From Camelus dromedarius (taxonomy: Eukaryota), in assembly GCF_036321535.1 (NCBI RefSeq), contig NC_087437.1:67954001-68018000 (forward strand): a stretch of DNA of 64,000 nucleotides, written 5' to 3'. Below, piece after piece: positions 50,157 to 62,840 of the stretch. The number at the start of each line of letters is the position of its first letter. Positions within the stretch are counted from its first letter, which is position 1. Below the pieces are notes generated by a model. The model had not been told where the DNA came from and did not search any database. It worked only from the letters and a program-made list of their open reading frames with translations. A program made the translations under genes and the position numbers.

Positions 50157-53049
50157 TTCTAGGCTCAGACCAACCTAGATTTAAATACTGCTTCTACCCT
50201 TTCTTCTTGAACTTCTTAACCATTCAGAGCTTCAGTTGCCTGTATACACCAAAAAAGAGTGTTAAAATCATATCTTAAAAGACATGAGAATCGAGATAAA
50301 ATACGAACTCAGCAGATGCCTTGAAAAGAGCCAGCATTCCATAACTGTTAGTCTGTTCTCACATTTATCCCCTACATACATACACTCATGCATAGAAATA
50401 TATATGTGTGTGTATGTGTGTATAAAATATGTGTGTGTCTCTTGGTCTTCAGGGATAAGAACGCTGCCTTTAAAAAATCCTGTTCTTTTAAAGCCCTGCT
50501 TTCAAACATAGCTCTGTTACCCAAAAGTTGTATAATTTGGGGTAACTTATATATACATACTATTAAAGGGTTAGTAACACCTACCTCCCAGACATATGAA
50601 TTAGAAATGATCTTTGTAAAACACCAAACACATTGCTGAACACAGCATTGGTATTTAATAAATGGATGTACTGTTATCATCATAAACCATCACCATCGTC
50701 ATCACTGCAGAGAGCAGCTGGAAGTCTCTGACTGTATGTAGCTTACTATTCCTTTCTGCAGCCTACTTACAGAGAAGCCAGTGTCATTTTGTCACAACCC
50801 TAATTTGACTGTGTGTAAATTAGGCAATACCTTTAAGAGTTAAAAAGAAGAGTGTGTGGGCTGAGTACCAGTCAGTTGGTGGGCATTTTAGTCCAAGTTG
50901 TTTCCTAGGACTGGTGTATTTTATCTCCATCATGTGTAGCAAAAATAAATTTTAATCCTGCTATGCTGGTGTAATATATCTCTGAATGATTCTTTCCCCT
51001 TCTTTGCTTTCTTTCTCTCCTCTCAGGTTTCCTTTGCTCTGTTCCCACATTTCCTATTCCCCAGCAGGTTACCTTTTCTCTCACTCTTTCAAGTTTTCTA
51101 CTTAGCACATAATACAAATGCATTTGCCTCTAGTCTTCTGGTTTTTCAATTAAGATATCATGTTTTAAGGCTGTGTGTATGAGTGTTTTCCTTACTTCCT
51201 TGCTACTATTTTTCCTGACTCTGACTTGGCTACTATATTTATTTGGGGGAAAAATGCGGTATAGTTTGCTTTTCTAATTTTCAAGGAATGCTCTCGTGGT
51301 TAGATGGGGATCGGATTTTCAAATGGCTGTGCTTGGAAGTTGGGACGGCACACAGAGTTCTGTGCTAGGCAAGGAAATACTTCATTAGACTTGTATTCCA
51401 CGAAGACACTTTTGCTTCTTAACGCCTGTGATTTTAATTAAAACCTGGAAAGTAAAGAATCCTCTGGTTGTATTAATGCTTCCATTTCCATTAAGATGGT
51501 GGAGTTTATAAACACTATCCGGGTTTATAAATTAGTCCTCATGTGAATAGTAAGTGCACAATGTCGCACAGAAAGCAAAACTCTGCCGGCCCATCTGTTC
51601 CTCTACTACTTTTTTCTCTCAGTGTTTTCCTTTTTGAAAACTCTTTGAGGAGTGATCCTTGATTTCTTTTATCTCTTAAGTCTCTCTCACCCATATCTTT
51701 TAACTGTATCTCATTGAAGTGAGTATTATGCTAAATCAGATTTGATTCTGGGCTTTTACAAGGGGCATTAGTGGTTCATTTGGATGTAAACCTAAAGTAA
51801 AACTAAGTAAGAATTTAATCATTAATTCATATGGGAGACAAGATTTTCTGTTTCTATAAACCTAGATTTCTTGGAACATTTATGTTATTTTTAATAAAAT
51901 GTTATGGGTGTGCAGACATTTACATACACAGACATGCACACATATACACATATATATACATTTCTATCTTTCCAAAATAGAAAGGTCACCAGACATGTGG
52001 ACATACTTTTACACAGTGATTAGTGTCTTGTCATTTTCCTTCATGTACATCAATAGATGTAACCAGATAAACAAAAGTAGAATTATAGTTGAGTATGACA
52101 AAAAGTCAGCATTAGTATTGCAATAAATGTCTATGCTTGCAAAAGCAACTAATCAATATTATCATTCTCAGTGAAAATGTTCAACTAGGAAAAATGGTAC
52201 AGGGATCAAAATGAATCATGAACTGGACAGAAGTCAGTTATATAGACATATTGTCTCTCGAATCCCTTTCGAATGTCGTGCATTATAAATTATAAATAAA
52301 TGTAGATGTATTTAAAGAAGCGAGTGTTCTCTGAGGAGGGATAAACCCCTGGAGCTGCCTTCTATTGATTAGAGACTTAGGGGCTCCCATTCTGTGAACC
52401 CTCCAGGAATATTGCTGCTTCTGAAGCTCAGAGGAGTTGATTATAATGTGGTAGAAACATTCTACAGGTGCTTTCTGAGAGTTCAGCCTTGGGTGGGCTA
52501 TGCAACTTTTTGGTTGAGAGAATTTTCAACTTCTGTGTGTACCTACCTCCATTTGAAATAAGTGAGTGATGAAAAGAAGTGACCCTTTTGCAGGTGTCAG
52601 GACATACTAGTGTCTACGTGGAGGCCCTGTACCACACGTGGTCGCAGGACTCTCTCCTCTGAATAGGTTATTGTACATCCAGCTCTTTTCTCATGAGGCA
52701 TTAAAGTCCAGGCTCATTATGTCTGCATCTCAGAAATGCAGGAGCATCTTAAGAAGGAGAGCTGTTGGCACCCTCTGCACGTGCCTGTCACAGACAGACA
52801 GACAGAACAAAATACTGTTAATAGGCACGTCAGTCGTGAGATATGCCAAAGATGAACCTGCTTCCTCATAACAAAATATGCATAGCACAACAAACATGTA
52901 TGGCAGTGTGATTAAAACCACTGAGTGTTGCCGTAATTACAGAGTACCAAATTATGATGGTATATACTTTTATTATCAGAAGAACCATGTGGGCCTTTTA
53001 TTCACTGAAGGATAAGATCTTAGAGGTACTTGAAAGAACCCTAATGATC

Positions 53050-53295
53050 TTTTTTTTTTCTTTTTTTTTTTAACATTTTTTATTGATTTATAATCATTTT
53101 ACAATCTGTCAAATTCCAGTGTTCAGCACAATTTTTCAGTCATTCATCGACATATACACACTCATTGTCACATTTTTTTCTCTGTGAGTTATCATAACAT
53201 TTTGTGTATATTTCCCTGTGCTATACAGTGTAATCTTGTTTATCTATTCTACAATTTTGAAATCCCAGGCTATCCCTTCCCACCCTCCACCCCCC
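53050..53295 (-). mobile_element. Relatively young, 5'-truncated L1 3' end (camelid-type)
   Basis: Poly(T), then 'aacattttttattgatttataatcattttacaat...tcaaattccagtgttcagcacaattttt...tatttccctgtgctatacag', ending in the C-rich tract. No TSD seen. Confidence 0.82.
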
Positions 53296-56200
53296 GTTAT
53301 TCAGCATTTTGCCATATCCTCCATTTACTTGCCTGTCACCAATCTCAGTCTCTTCTGAATGTGAGCATTTGAAGTAAACAAAGTAATAATACCTTCTGTA
53401 TTGGTATTTTCTAGCACTTTACTATTTTCAAAGGTTTCTCTCATATATATTATCTCTTTATTAGCAATCTTTCTTGACTAGTGTGTAAGTGAGCATGTGT
53501 ATATGTCTGTGCAAATACGTGTGAGAAACGAGAGTTAGGTCACTGGGTCTAACACCAAGTTGATGTAAAATTCCTAAAAAAAAAAATGAGTGTGTCACGT
53601 GATTATATCTCTTGCTATTCTGTGTGTTTGTTTGAAAAGCACTCCAACGTGTTGCTTTATTTTCAGTATTGGGAACAGGTTGACCCAAGGATTGTTTTCC
53701 TACTATACGCTCACCTATATGCTTAGTCCAATGTTTATGAATTATCATTTTCTTCACAGAAGTTCAGAATCTATCCCCAAAGGATCCAAAAGCCATTTTA
53801 TTCACATGATAACAAAACTATTGGTACTATAATTATTTATGTCTCCAAGGAGCTCTCAGTCAATAGATCTCTCTTCTCATCCTGGATTCAGAGCAAATTA
53901 AAAAGAAAATAAAGGGAAAACAGATGCTAGAATTTGATCTTAGTACTGATAATGGCTAAGTTAGTGGCTGTGACCATGGATCTGTTAGCCACGTGGGTTT
54001 TCTAATATCACCTCCCTAATTTAGAGAATGTCCACCTGCCAAATGTGGCGGGATTGGGCCTTGGAGGCCTGCCCCATGGAGGTAGCTCCTTTGTGACTAA
54101 CATGGAGAGAGGACAGGGAAGCTTTGATCCTGGTGCTTAGGCCCTTCCCAGAAGGAGAGGAGTAGAGCTGAACCAACTGTGCATTGCTCTTCACAAACTT
54201 ACCACCACATAAGCCGTGCCACCTATCCAGGGTCAAGAAGTGAATGGGTGGAGAGAAGCCACTGTTGTGCTTAAGAAGAATCTCCCGGGGCATTAGTAAG
54301 GAGCCAAGGAAAGTCATTCCTCTCTGACAATTTATTTACGCAACTGATCGTAAAATCACAAAATCATCTGCAAGATTTGGGCCAAGGAAATGTGGCATGG
54401 CCTCATTTAAAAAAAATCTTGGTAAATGTTAAACAAGTTCTGTTTTACAAGGGGTATGTAGTATTTGGGTTTTCAGTAGATCGGTTTGGATTAGAATAGA
54501 GATGGGCCATAGATCTATTTTTTAGGGTGAGTGTGTAAGTGTTGACCTAGTCTAGAGCTTCATCATGATAAATGGATTTGAACTAATCGTTTAAAATGTG
54601 TACTGACTGGCATTACTCAGATGGTGCTTAGCAACTGTGGGTCCTGTTGGTTAACTTGATAAGTACCTGAAGACAAGCTCTTCTGTCGAAAGTCCTCTGT
54701 CTGTAGTTGTCTTGTGATCAACCAGGATTGAAGGCTGGGTGCAGAGAAGGGAGCACATGATTTCTCATCTTCGATCTCGTGGAGCACAGCGAAGGCATGT
54801 TATTGAGATATATCCTTCCAAGTAGTTCAAATAGAAGTGTCTGGTGGCAAAATGAAAACAAATGGAGAAGGCAGTGAGACCCACACAGGGGGCTTGGTTT
54901 CCTGCTGCCTGCAGCCCCTGTGGGAGAGGCAAGCTGGCACTTCCATCCTGAGGAATGCATCTCACTCGGGGGGGGGGTGGGAGCTGTCAGAATTAGCAGG
55001 GAAGAAAAGGTGTTCTTCCCTGATCATTTTCTAAGCTCCCTGGGATTCTCTGACATTGCTGAATCTGTTAGAGGCTGATGCTCAGGCAGCTTGAGGAGAT
55101 GGGCTTTTTGACTCCCAAAGGATTCTGAACCCATCAATCAGTCGAAATGGGCTATCTCCCTAGGAAGCACCATTGGGATTTCTGCAAATGCAATGGTTCC
55201 ATCCCCCTTGCTTTCTTTGACCATTCATGTTAGAGGGGAAGCTGGAGAGCACACAGCCTGCGGGCTCCTTTCAGGAGCTGCTCAGTGGTGCCTCCTCTCT
55301 TACTCCCATTGTGGTTCTCAGAGTGGCTCTATGCTGAGCTCTCTTCCCGCTTCTCTTCTGCCCTTCCCTCCACGTCTCTCATAAAAACCAACGCTAGGAA
55401 TTGTCTGGATGATTCCTTCTCAGCATCTGAGGATTTGAGGAGAATTCCTGGCCCAGGACTTCCCTTCCTCCCTGACCCTCTACTACTGACTGCTGGTGCC
55501 TTAAAAATGGGGTTAGTTTCCTGGCCTAGACTGTTGTCTCTATAGGCTTAGAACGGTACCCCTGAACGAGATGAAGATCAGGGGAGCCTGGGTTGTATCA
55601 AGGGTGCAGAACAGGAAGCAGTGGAAGAAATTATTCTGGTGAGAATATAGGTGTGTGAGGAAATTAATGATCACCCCTATTTCACTAAAGGAACAGAAAA
55701 TTAGCCTTTAATCGGGTCAGGCTCACTGATCAGAGGGGAAGAGTAAAGGATTATTTTCACCACGCACACTAAACAGTACACTTTTGGAGCCAGGATTCTT
55801 GGTAAAATGCCTGAAAGCTTAGGAAGAACGTTAATAAAAGCAGAAAGGTTCTTACTTCCTGTAGTTTTACCTTCCTAAGGCGCTAGTAAATTGCTCGCGA
55901 TTAAATTGATTAGAAAGGTTAGGTGAACAGAACTCTGGTTTTAAAGATCAGAGTGGTGTGTCAGGCGTGTCAGAACGCCATGATTCACATATCCAAATTT
56001 CACTCTTCCCTGTCCTCAAACGATTAAGGCTAGAGAGACTTTGTGGGATAAAGGGTGTGATCAAGACGAAGTGTTACTTTTCCAGGGCGCTTTTGGAGTC
56101 TATGTGAAGTTTTCTACCATAAGCATGTGAAACTGGTAGAAAATTAAGAAAAAAATAAGAGTCACTGAAAACTCTGCTTAGATGGTCTGGTATTTTTTTT

Positions 56201-56414
56201 TCCCCCTCTGCCCTGAAAAAAGGTACTAGTTATACAGCTCTTGCATATGAACTATCTCATTATATTTTCACAACAACCTTGTGAAATAACAAGTAGTTTA
56301 ATTTTAACTTAATCCCTCTGTGTCCTTGTTTCCATATTTGTAAAATAGGGGGGATAATAACACTAATTTCATGGGCTTGTTATGAAAATGAAATGAGATC
56401 ATATTAGTTGCTTG

Positions 56415-56850
56415 GTTTGTGTTCCATTTCAGGTCATCAAGAAGATGACACCAAGGTAGAATGAGAAACACGTGTAAAGGATAAAGGAGGGGGTGGAGCA
56501 GGGGAAAGGAGGCTTCAGTCTGCAATGCAGGTTTGAAACCTGGGAACAGAGGAATGAGTAGGGCAGGGTTAGGTTGGACGAGCTTCAGACTGCAGTGTGA
56601 TTCTGAGAAAGACTCAGTCAAAGCAACAGAGTGCCTCCGAGATGAGGCTTGTACTGGATAGAAACAGCCTTACACCAGGACCCATACTGAGTCATTGTGA
56701 ACAGCCTGGGTGAGGCATGGCATCAGCCTAAGCACCGGTGGATCCAAAAATGTGGCAGCTGGAGCCTCCCAGTTAACTTGGCATCTGTGTGGCATATTCT
56801 CTTGCATGAAGACCGCCTTGGAGTATTGCACCTCCATGACCCTCATGGTA
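56415..56850 (-). mobile_element. ERVL solo LTR, LTR16-like, among MIR fragments
   Basis: 'tgtaaaggataaaggagg...gcttcagtctgcaatgcaggtttgaaacctg' and 'cttcagactgcagtgtgattctgagaaag'. Confidence 0.65.
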
Positions 56851-59170
56851 CAGGTGCCTAGAATATAGTGAACACGTGAAACAATTTAACTTGCTCCCAT
56901 TTTACAGGTAAAGAAACTGCATTCCCAACAATGATGTGTGGTTTAGGTGGGTCCCTTGTAGCAGAGTCAAGACTTAAACTATAATTCTTTCTGCCGCTGG
57001 ATCTTTTGCTCTGTCAAGCACATCATACAGCAGCTCTTTAATAGCGTGTACTTACTGCATTTCCTTTTGTGATAAAGTAGATACTAATCCATTGGGAACA
57101 ACAAAACTCTGCCCTCGGCCCTTTGGGTTGTATAGCCTTCCTGCCTTTGAGAAGGCCATGGTTTACTCCTGCGGCTTCTCTGGCACAGCAGTGTTCCCTT
57201 AGCTTCCAAAGAGCCCAGTTTCTGGGATTTGAGCCAAAGCAAACTCAAAGGCTGCATCCCAGCTCCTGGGAAAGCCATACCACTCTTGGCTTCATGTTCA
57301 GAAGGACAACAGGCAAGGTTGCTTTTGGCGTGCATGGAGAGGGGTATAGGTCTCTTGTGGCACCATAATGCATTGGGATTTCATTGCATATAATTTTCAC
57401 TTAACTCTCTGAATGATGTAAAAGATTCTTTTAAGCAACTAAATTAAGTCACCTTCTATGGCCTTTCATCTGTTTTTCCATGAACAGATTTTAATTTTCC
57501 CTTTTTTACCTAAAAATGTCTTTTAAGATATATGTGTTCACAAGTCCTTTTACATGTTGGAGAAGAGTTTCACTGGAGGGAATTATTTTATTCATTTTTG
57601 AGAGATAATAATATAATGCCACCGCTCCCAGTCAGTCTGTGTTTAGATGACAGCAGGCCAACTTCTGATGGTCCCAGCGGACATTCAGCTGCAATACTGG
57701 TTCCTGGGCCAAAACCACAAAAAGAGTAGAACTTCTGTGGGAGGACATGTTCAAATAATTATAAGCTCTTTTAAAAATAGAATTGAGTATCCCAGAAGTG
57801 GGGTGTGAAAAGTTAAATGTGCCAATGCAGTTACGTAGGGACACATGAATACAGTTGACACTTGGGGCTTGGAGGTATAAATCGGGGACAAGCTTGAGAG
57901 GAATCTAGTGCAAATATAATTAGATTTTCTGATGGAGAATTGCAGCACCTCCTTGTGTTTGAATGGAACTTCCTAGGATTATATTAGTAAATGCTGAAGG
58001 GCATGCCCTCTTTCCTTCATTTTTGTGGAGAGTCTAGTATAAAAGCCTTAGTCCTGCTACTAGAATGTTCTCAGTGGCCCCCAAAACTGTTTGGGAACTT
58101 TCAGTGGTAATTTTCTCTAGGATCACAGCAAACACGCAATGTATTTTCCACTGAACTGATTGAATCTACCATTGAGTAGGCTTTCGGAGAGAACTGTGGA
58201 GTAGGCTTTCAGAGGGAATTGGTTTGTTGGTTTGTTCCCTGCCTGTTCAAAAAAAAAAAAAAAAAAAAAGGATCTGCAGTGGCCAGGAGCAAGAGGTCAC
58301 GCTGTTAACCCAGCAAGATGTGTGCAATGGACAAAGCACTAAAATGTGTTAGAGGTGATGGTTTATGGCCCGAGAAGACAACCCAAAAGAACAAACCAGG
58401 CCATCTGGGAATTAGATGACTGCCTGATGGTCCCAATACTTGTGTGTTTCTGAATCTTTTCTCCAAGCTACTCAAAAAAGGCCTTGGCACTGAGACTTTG
58501 TGATATTGGTCATTTTTAGGCATTCTTGGCCCAATAAAGTTTCAGCATCATTGGAAGAACTCTACCGGTCAACCTACAAAGGACACTGGAAAACGGCCGA
58601 GGCTGACCCAGCAGCCATGGTTGCTGTTGGGAGTGGGGCTGCCTGCAGGGATTGAGGATAGAGAATAAGATGGCTGTGCCAGCAAGCTTTTACCTGCACC
58701 GGCTGTGGCCCAGCTTCATTCAGGTGGGGTGCCTTCTCTCCACCTTGGCCCTAGGCTCCACTTTGCTTCAGGAGACCTACAGAGTAGGCTGAGGGATTTC
58801 TTTCATCAGCTTCTTGCTTTTCCCTGGCATAGTTCCCTTCCCCCATCCCTTAAAAAGGACATTTTAAGCAGTTGAACTGAGACCCCAGGAGAATTCTGAT
58901 GGCAACAAATACCAATCCCAGTACAGCAAAAAGTATGTCTGTACTCCATCCGCATGGCTGACTTTAAAGAGCAATATTTAGTGATAATTAAATAGATAGT
59001 ATAGTTCCTTGGTGTTCATTTATAAGGATTTAACCTATATAATTTATTTATGTGATTTGTGCTTACTAAAGGATTTTTTTTAAATCACTCTGAATTCTGT
59101 TTTCCTATTCTCTTCTCCCTACCATGTCCCTATATTTGGTCATCAGTCTTGACAGTCACCTTACTTATTT

Positions 59171-59567
59171 ACATGGATGGACTTGGAGGGTATTATACTA
59201 AGTGAAATAAGACAGAGAAAGACAAATACTATATGATATCACTTACATGCAGCATCTAGACAATAAAACAAACTAGTGAATATGGCAAAAAAGAAGACTC
59301 ACAGATACAGAGAATAAACTAGTGGTTACCAGTTGGGAGAGGAAAGAGGGGAGAGTCAGTATAGGGGTAGAGGATCAAGGGATACAAACTATTGTGTATA
59401 AAATAAGCTACAGGATATATTGTACAACATGAGGAATATAGAAAATATTTTATAGTAACTATAAATGGAGTATAATCTTTAAAAATTGTGAGTCACTGTA
59501 TTGTACTCCTGTAACTCTTAGATAATAGTGTACATCAGCTATACTTCAGTTCTGAAAAAAAAAAAAA
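59171..59567 (+). mobile_element. L1 3' end (end of ORF2 plus 3' UTR plus poly-A) inserted in an L2a
   Basis: 'acatggatggacttggagggtattatactaagtgaaataag...gacaaatactatatgatatcactta', 'aaactagtggttacc' and an A13 tail. Confidence 0.9.
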
Positions 59568-60070
59568 GTAAACCAGATAAGGTGATTTCCCTGCTCTAAA
59601 GCCCTCCAAAGATTTCCCTTTGCAGTGTAACAGCAAAGACCTTGCCATAACCTCATCTTAACTATCATTGTGACCTCATCTTGTCCCACCCTCGTCTTCT
59701 CTTAACAAAAGCAAGCCACAATGGCTGTCTTTCTATTCCTCAAGTGCATCAAGTTTATTCTTACCTTTACAGATCTTCCTATTTGCCATTCCCTCTGCCT
59801 GAAACTGTCTGTTGTAAGGTTTTGGCATAGCTTGCTCCTTCTTATTCAGTTTGAATGTCATACATCTTTAGAGGGACTTTTAACAAATCAAGTTTCTTTA
59901 TGGTACCCATTATCAGAAGTGATCTTTTTATTCTATTTGCTTGTTTGTGTGTGTCTTTTATGACCCTCTCAATAACATACCCTTAAGTAATAAACTCCAC
60001 AAGAGCTGAGATACTGTCTCTCTTGTTCTTTGTGGTGTCCGCAACATCTTGGGCAGTGCCTGAGAATCTA
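59568..60070 (+). mobile_element. L2a LINE 3' region
   Basis: 'ttccctgctctaaagccctccaaagatttccc', 'ttccctctgcctgaaac' and 'aaactccacaagagc...cagtgcctg'. Confidence 0.8.
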
Positions 60071-60779
60071 ATACTTTGTAGTTGCTTCATTTCAAAAGCA
60101 AAGTTAAAAACTCATTTCTGGACATGCTTATAAAATCTTCAGACTTAAGAAGGTAAATATTAACTAATACAATAAAGCTTCGATGATATGAGCTAAATGA
60201 TTGTATGCAAAATTATAGCACAATTGTAAATATATGCAAAAACTGCAACGAAACAGACCCAATACTAACAATAATCACACAGTTTTCTTTTATGTATTGT
60301 TACAGGTTTTCTCAATTTTCTACAATGATATAATCATGGCAAAATCACTTTTAAAACACAAGAAATAAAATTTAGAGGAGTAAAGCTATTTCTCAGTATT
60401 GAAAGGATTGTTTCCTAAATGTCCTCAGCTTTTCAGTGGGTGCTAATACTCATATTGACCTGGTGTCCAAGTCACATGGCCTCATTTTTCCTCTGTGTCA
60501 TATGCAGTGGTTCTGAGTTCCTCCCTTTAGAATGTTATTTTGGTTTATCTTTATCTCTGCAGGACTCAGCATTGTATATAATTCTCTAGGAATGATGTAA
60601 ATGTTTCAGAGTAAAGTAGAATTATCTTCTTCCACTTTCTAGATAATTCCTAGATGCTTGTTGCTACCTAAATTTGCATCAGATATTTTTGGCAGTTCCT
60701 GTTGTGGAATTAGAAACCTAGGCCATTTCTCCCCTAGGCATAGCTGTTATTCCTGCACTCCCTCATAGTCATCTGTTTA

Positions 60780-61600
60780 ATTTAGTTTGTGATCACTCAT
60801 AAGACCTGACATTATATTTAAAATATTTCATTGATGTAAATTTGTTTCATTCTTCTAGTGTGTTGAGTTATTTTTAAACCCTTGGTTCTATCACCCAGAC
60901 AATTCCTTCTTCCTGCCCCCATATTCATTTCATTTACAAATGTGGTCTTTGCTTAATTTAATTATTTTTTAAAATGCTAAATAGAGTAGGATCCAGAACA
61001 GAGCCTGATGTCAACTTTCTAGATATTTCTTAGTTAATACTCCGATCCATTCATCAGGTATACCTTATGGTTGTCATTGATCTATCAGTTACAAATCCAA
61101 CTAATTATTACTAATCTGGTCCTCACATCTTGATCTTTACCGATAAGGGCATTGAGAATGGAGAGAAGCACTTTACTAAAAATTCAGATAAATCATACCT
61201 ACTGCACTTCTCACATATAAAAAACCTTAATAGTTGCATAGTGGGAAAAGAAGTTTTAAAAACTCTGAATTGGTCTCTTCTTAGTAAATCCATGATGTCT
61301 CTTCATACGTATTACATTATTTTCTCAGAATCAACATCAAAATTCTTCAGTTCACACAATTCACGTTTTCTCTTCTGAAAATCAAATACCTTGCTTGTCT
61401 TTGTCTTTGTCACCCTTGTAATTCTCCATTATTTCTTTAAAAACACTCCAAGTAATTAATTTTCTTCAATTGTGAAATTTATCAATACCCCAAGATTGTA
61501 ATTTGTCTCAGCAGGAAGATTTAATATCATTTAAAGTAACTGGATGTTCTTTTCCCACTTTCTTCACCCATCTTGAGCTACATTTCCCTAAAACTAACCT
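60780..61600 (-). mobile_element. L3/CR1 LINE fossil covering the reverse-transcriptase domain
   Basis: The minus strand gives HHGFTK (61297-61280), AVGMIYLNF/SK (61205-61170, frameshifted) and GSVLDPTLFSI (61005-60973). Order and spacing match CR1 QHGF..YLDFSKAFD..QGSVLGPxLFNI. Confidence 0.75.
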
Positions 61601-62694
61601 TAACCAACAAATTGACTGTCTGTTGACTATTACTTTACTGTTTCAAACTCAAGAACATTATTCTCTTTAACAGAGAAGCCATTCAAAATCAATTTTAAAT
61701 TTTTATTAGCTGTATGTCTTAGTGATATTTTTGGGCAAATCTTACAAATGTTTCCTGTTCATAATCTTTGTATGCATTCATTGTTTTGAAAATAGTTGAA
61801 GAAGGATGAGAAACAAGAGTAACAGCAAGCTTTACATTTTAAAACTTAAACTTCTCAACCATTTGGCACTATCTGAGGCACTGGGGGCTCAATGCTTGAG
61901 AGCAGCAAGTTGGCGCACTGCTAATGCCCTATCATGAATTATACCAGGTGCCAAATAATGTATTCAAAAAATTAATAGTAGACTGAGTGAACCTTATGAA
62001 TGTTGATAAAATTTGAAAATGCTCTGTGGTTTCCAAGGTGGCTAAAGTTTGCTTATCTTTTGAATTTTTCTGAAAGACAGAGTTGGGTTTCCCAGATACC
62101 AATATATAATTTCACTGAGCGTACACAGCCATTGGCATAGAAGAAATCAAGACAGACAGTTTGACTCTCTGGATGCCCCAGGACATCTACTCCAGGCAAC
62201 ATAGCATTACATGGTCGTGAGACATATTAGAAAAATAACCATTGAAAGGGAGACAACGTATTTTTCAAACTCTAGGCAAGCCCAGATGCTTCCTTGGGAA
62301 GGAATTCTAAAGCTCAGACAACTGCAAATGCTTCCTTTTTCAGACTGTCATCTTCTTGACATTTAAAAATATAAATACACATTTAAGGCTTACTCAGATT
62401 GCAGCTGGCTGGTATAAATCAGATGTTTGGTGATGGGCAATATGTTATGTGGAATATTTTCACCCATTAGGAATGACCCATCTTTATACTTTCTAGGGTT
62501 TCTTCCTTCTACTTAGAAAATATTTTATTACCCTCTTCCATGTAATTTATTTTCTATTTATGCATATACTGTATATGCAGAGGTTTTATTTATGTTGATT
62601 TACTCACCTCATTCTGCATTCACCACACACTTACTCCAGTCTCTAAAGAACTTATTACAATAAACAATGCGGTAAACATTAAGTTGCTAATCCT

Positions 62695-62840
62695 CAGCAT
62701 TTTCCCCGAAGGTGCCATTATTCCAATTTCACAGATGATGAAACTGAGGTAGAGAAAATGAGGTATTTATTACTTCAGAATACATAAGATTATACCCTAG
62801 GAAAATTTGAGTCCTGTTTAATACCACATCACTCTTCTTC
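62695..62840 (-). mobile_element. MIR SINE
   Basis: Core 'ccaatttcacagatgatgaaactgaggtagaga'. Confidence 0.75.

Noticed and set aside
54870..54970. GC-rich hairpin (cacagggg/cccctgtg, agtgaga/tctcact)
   Set aside because: The stems are only 7-8 bp in a GC-rich patch, which is within chance expectation.
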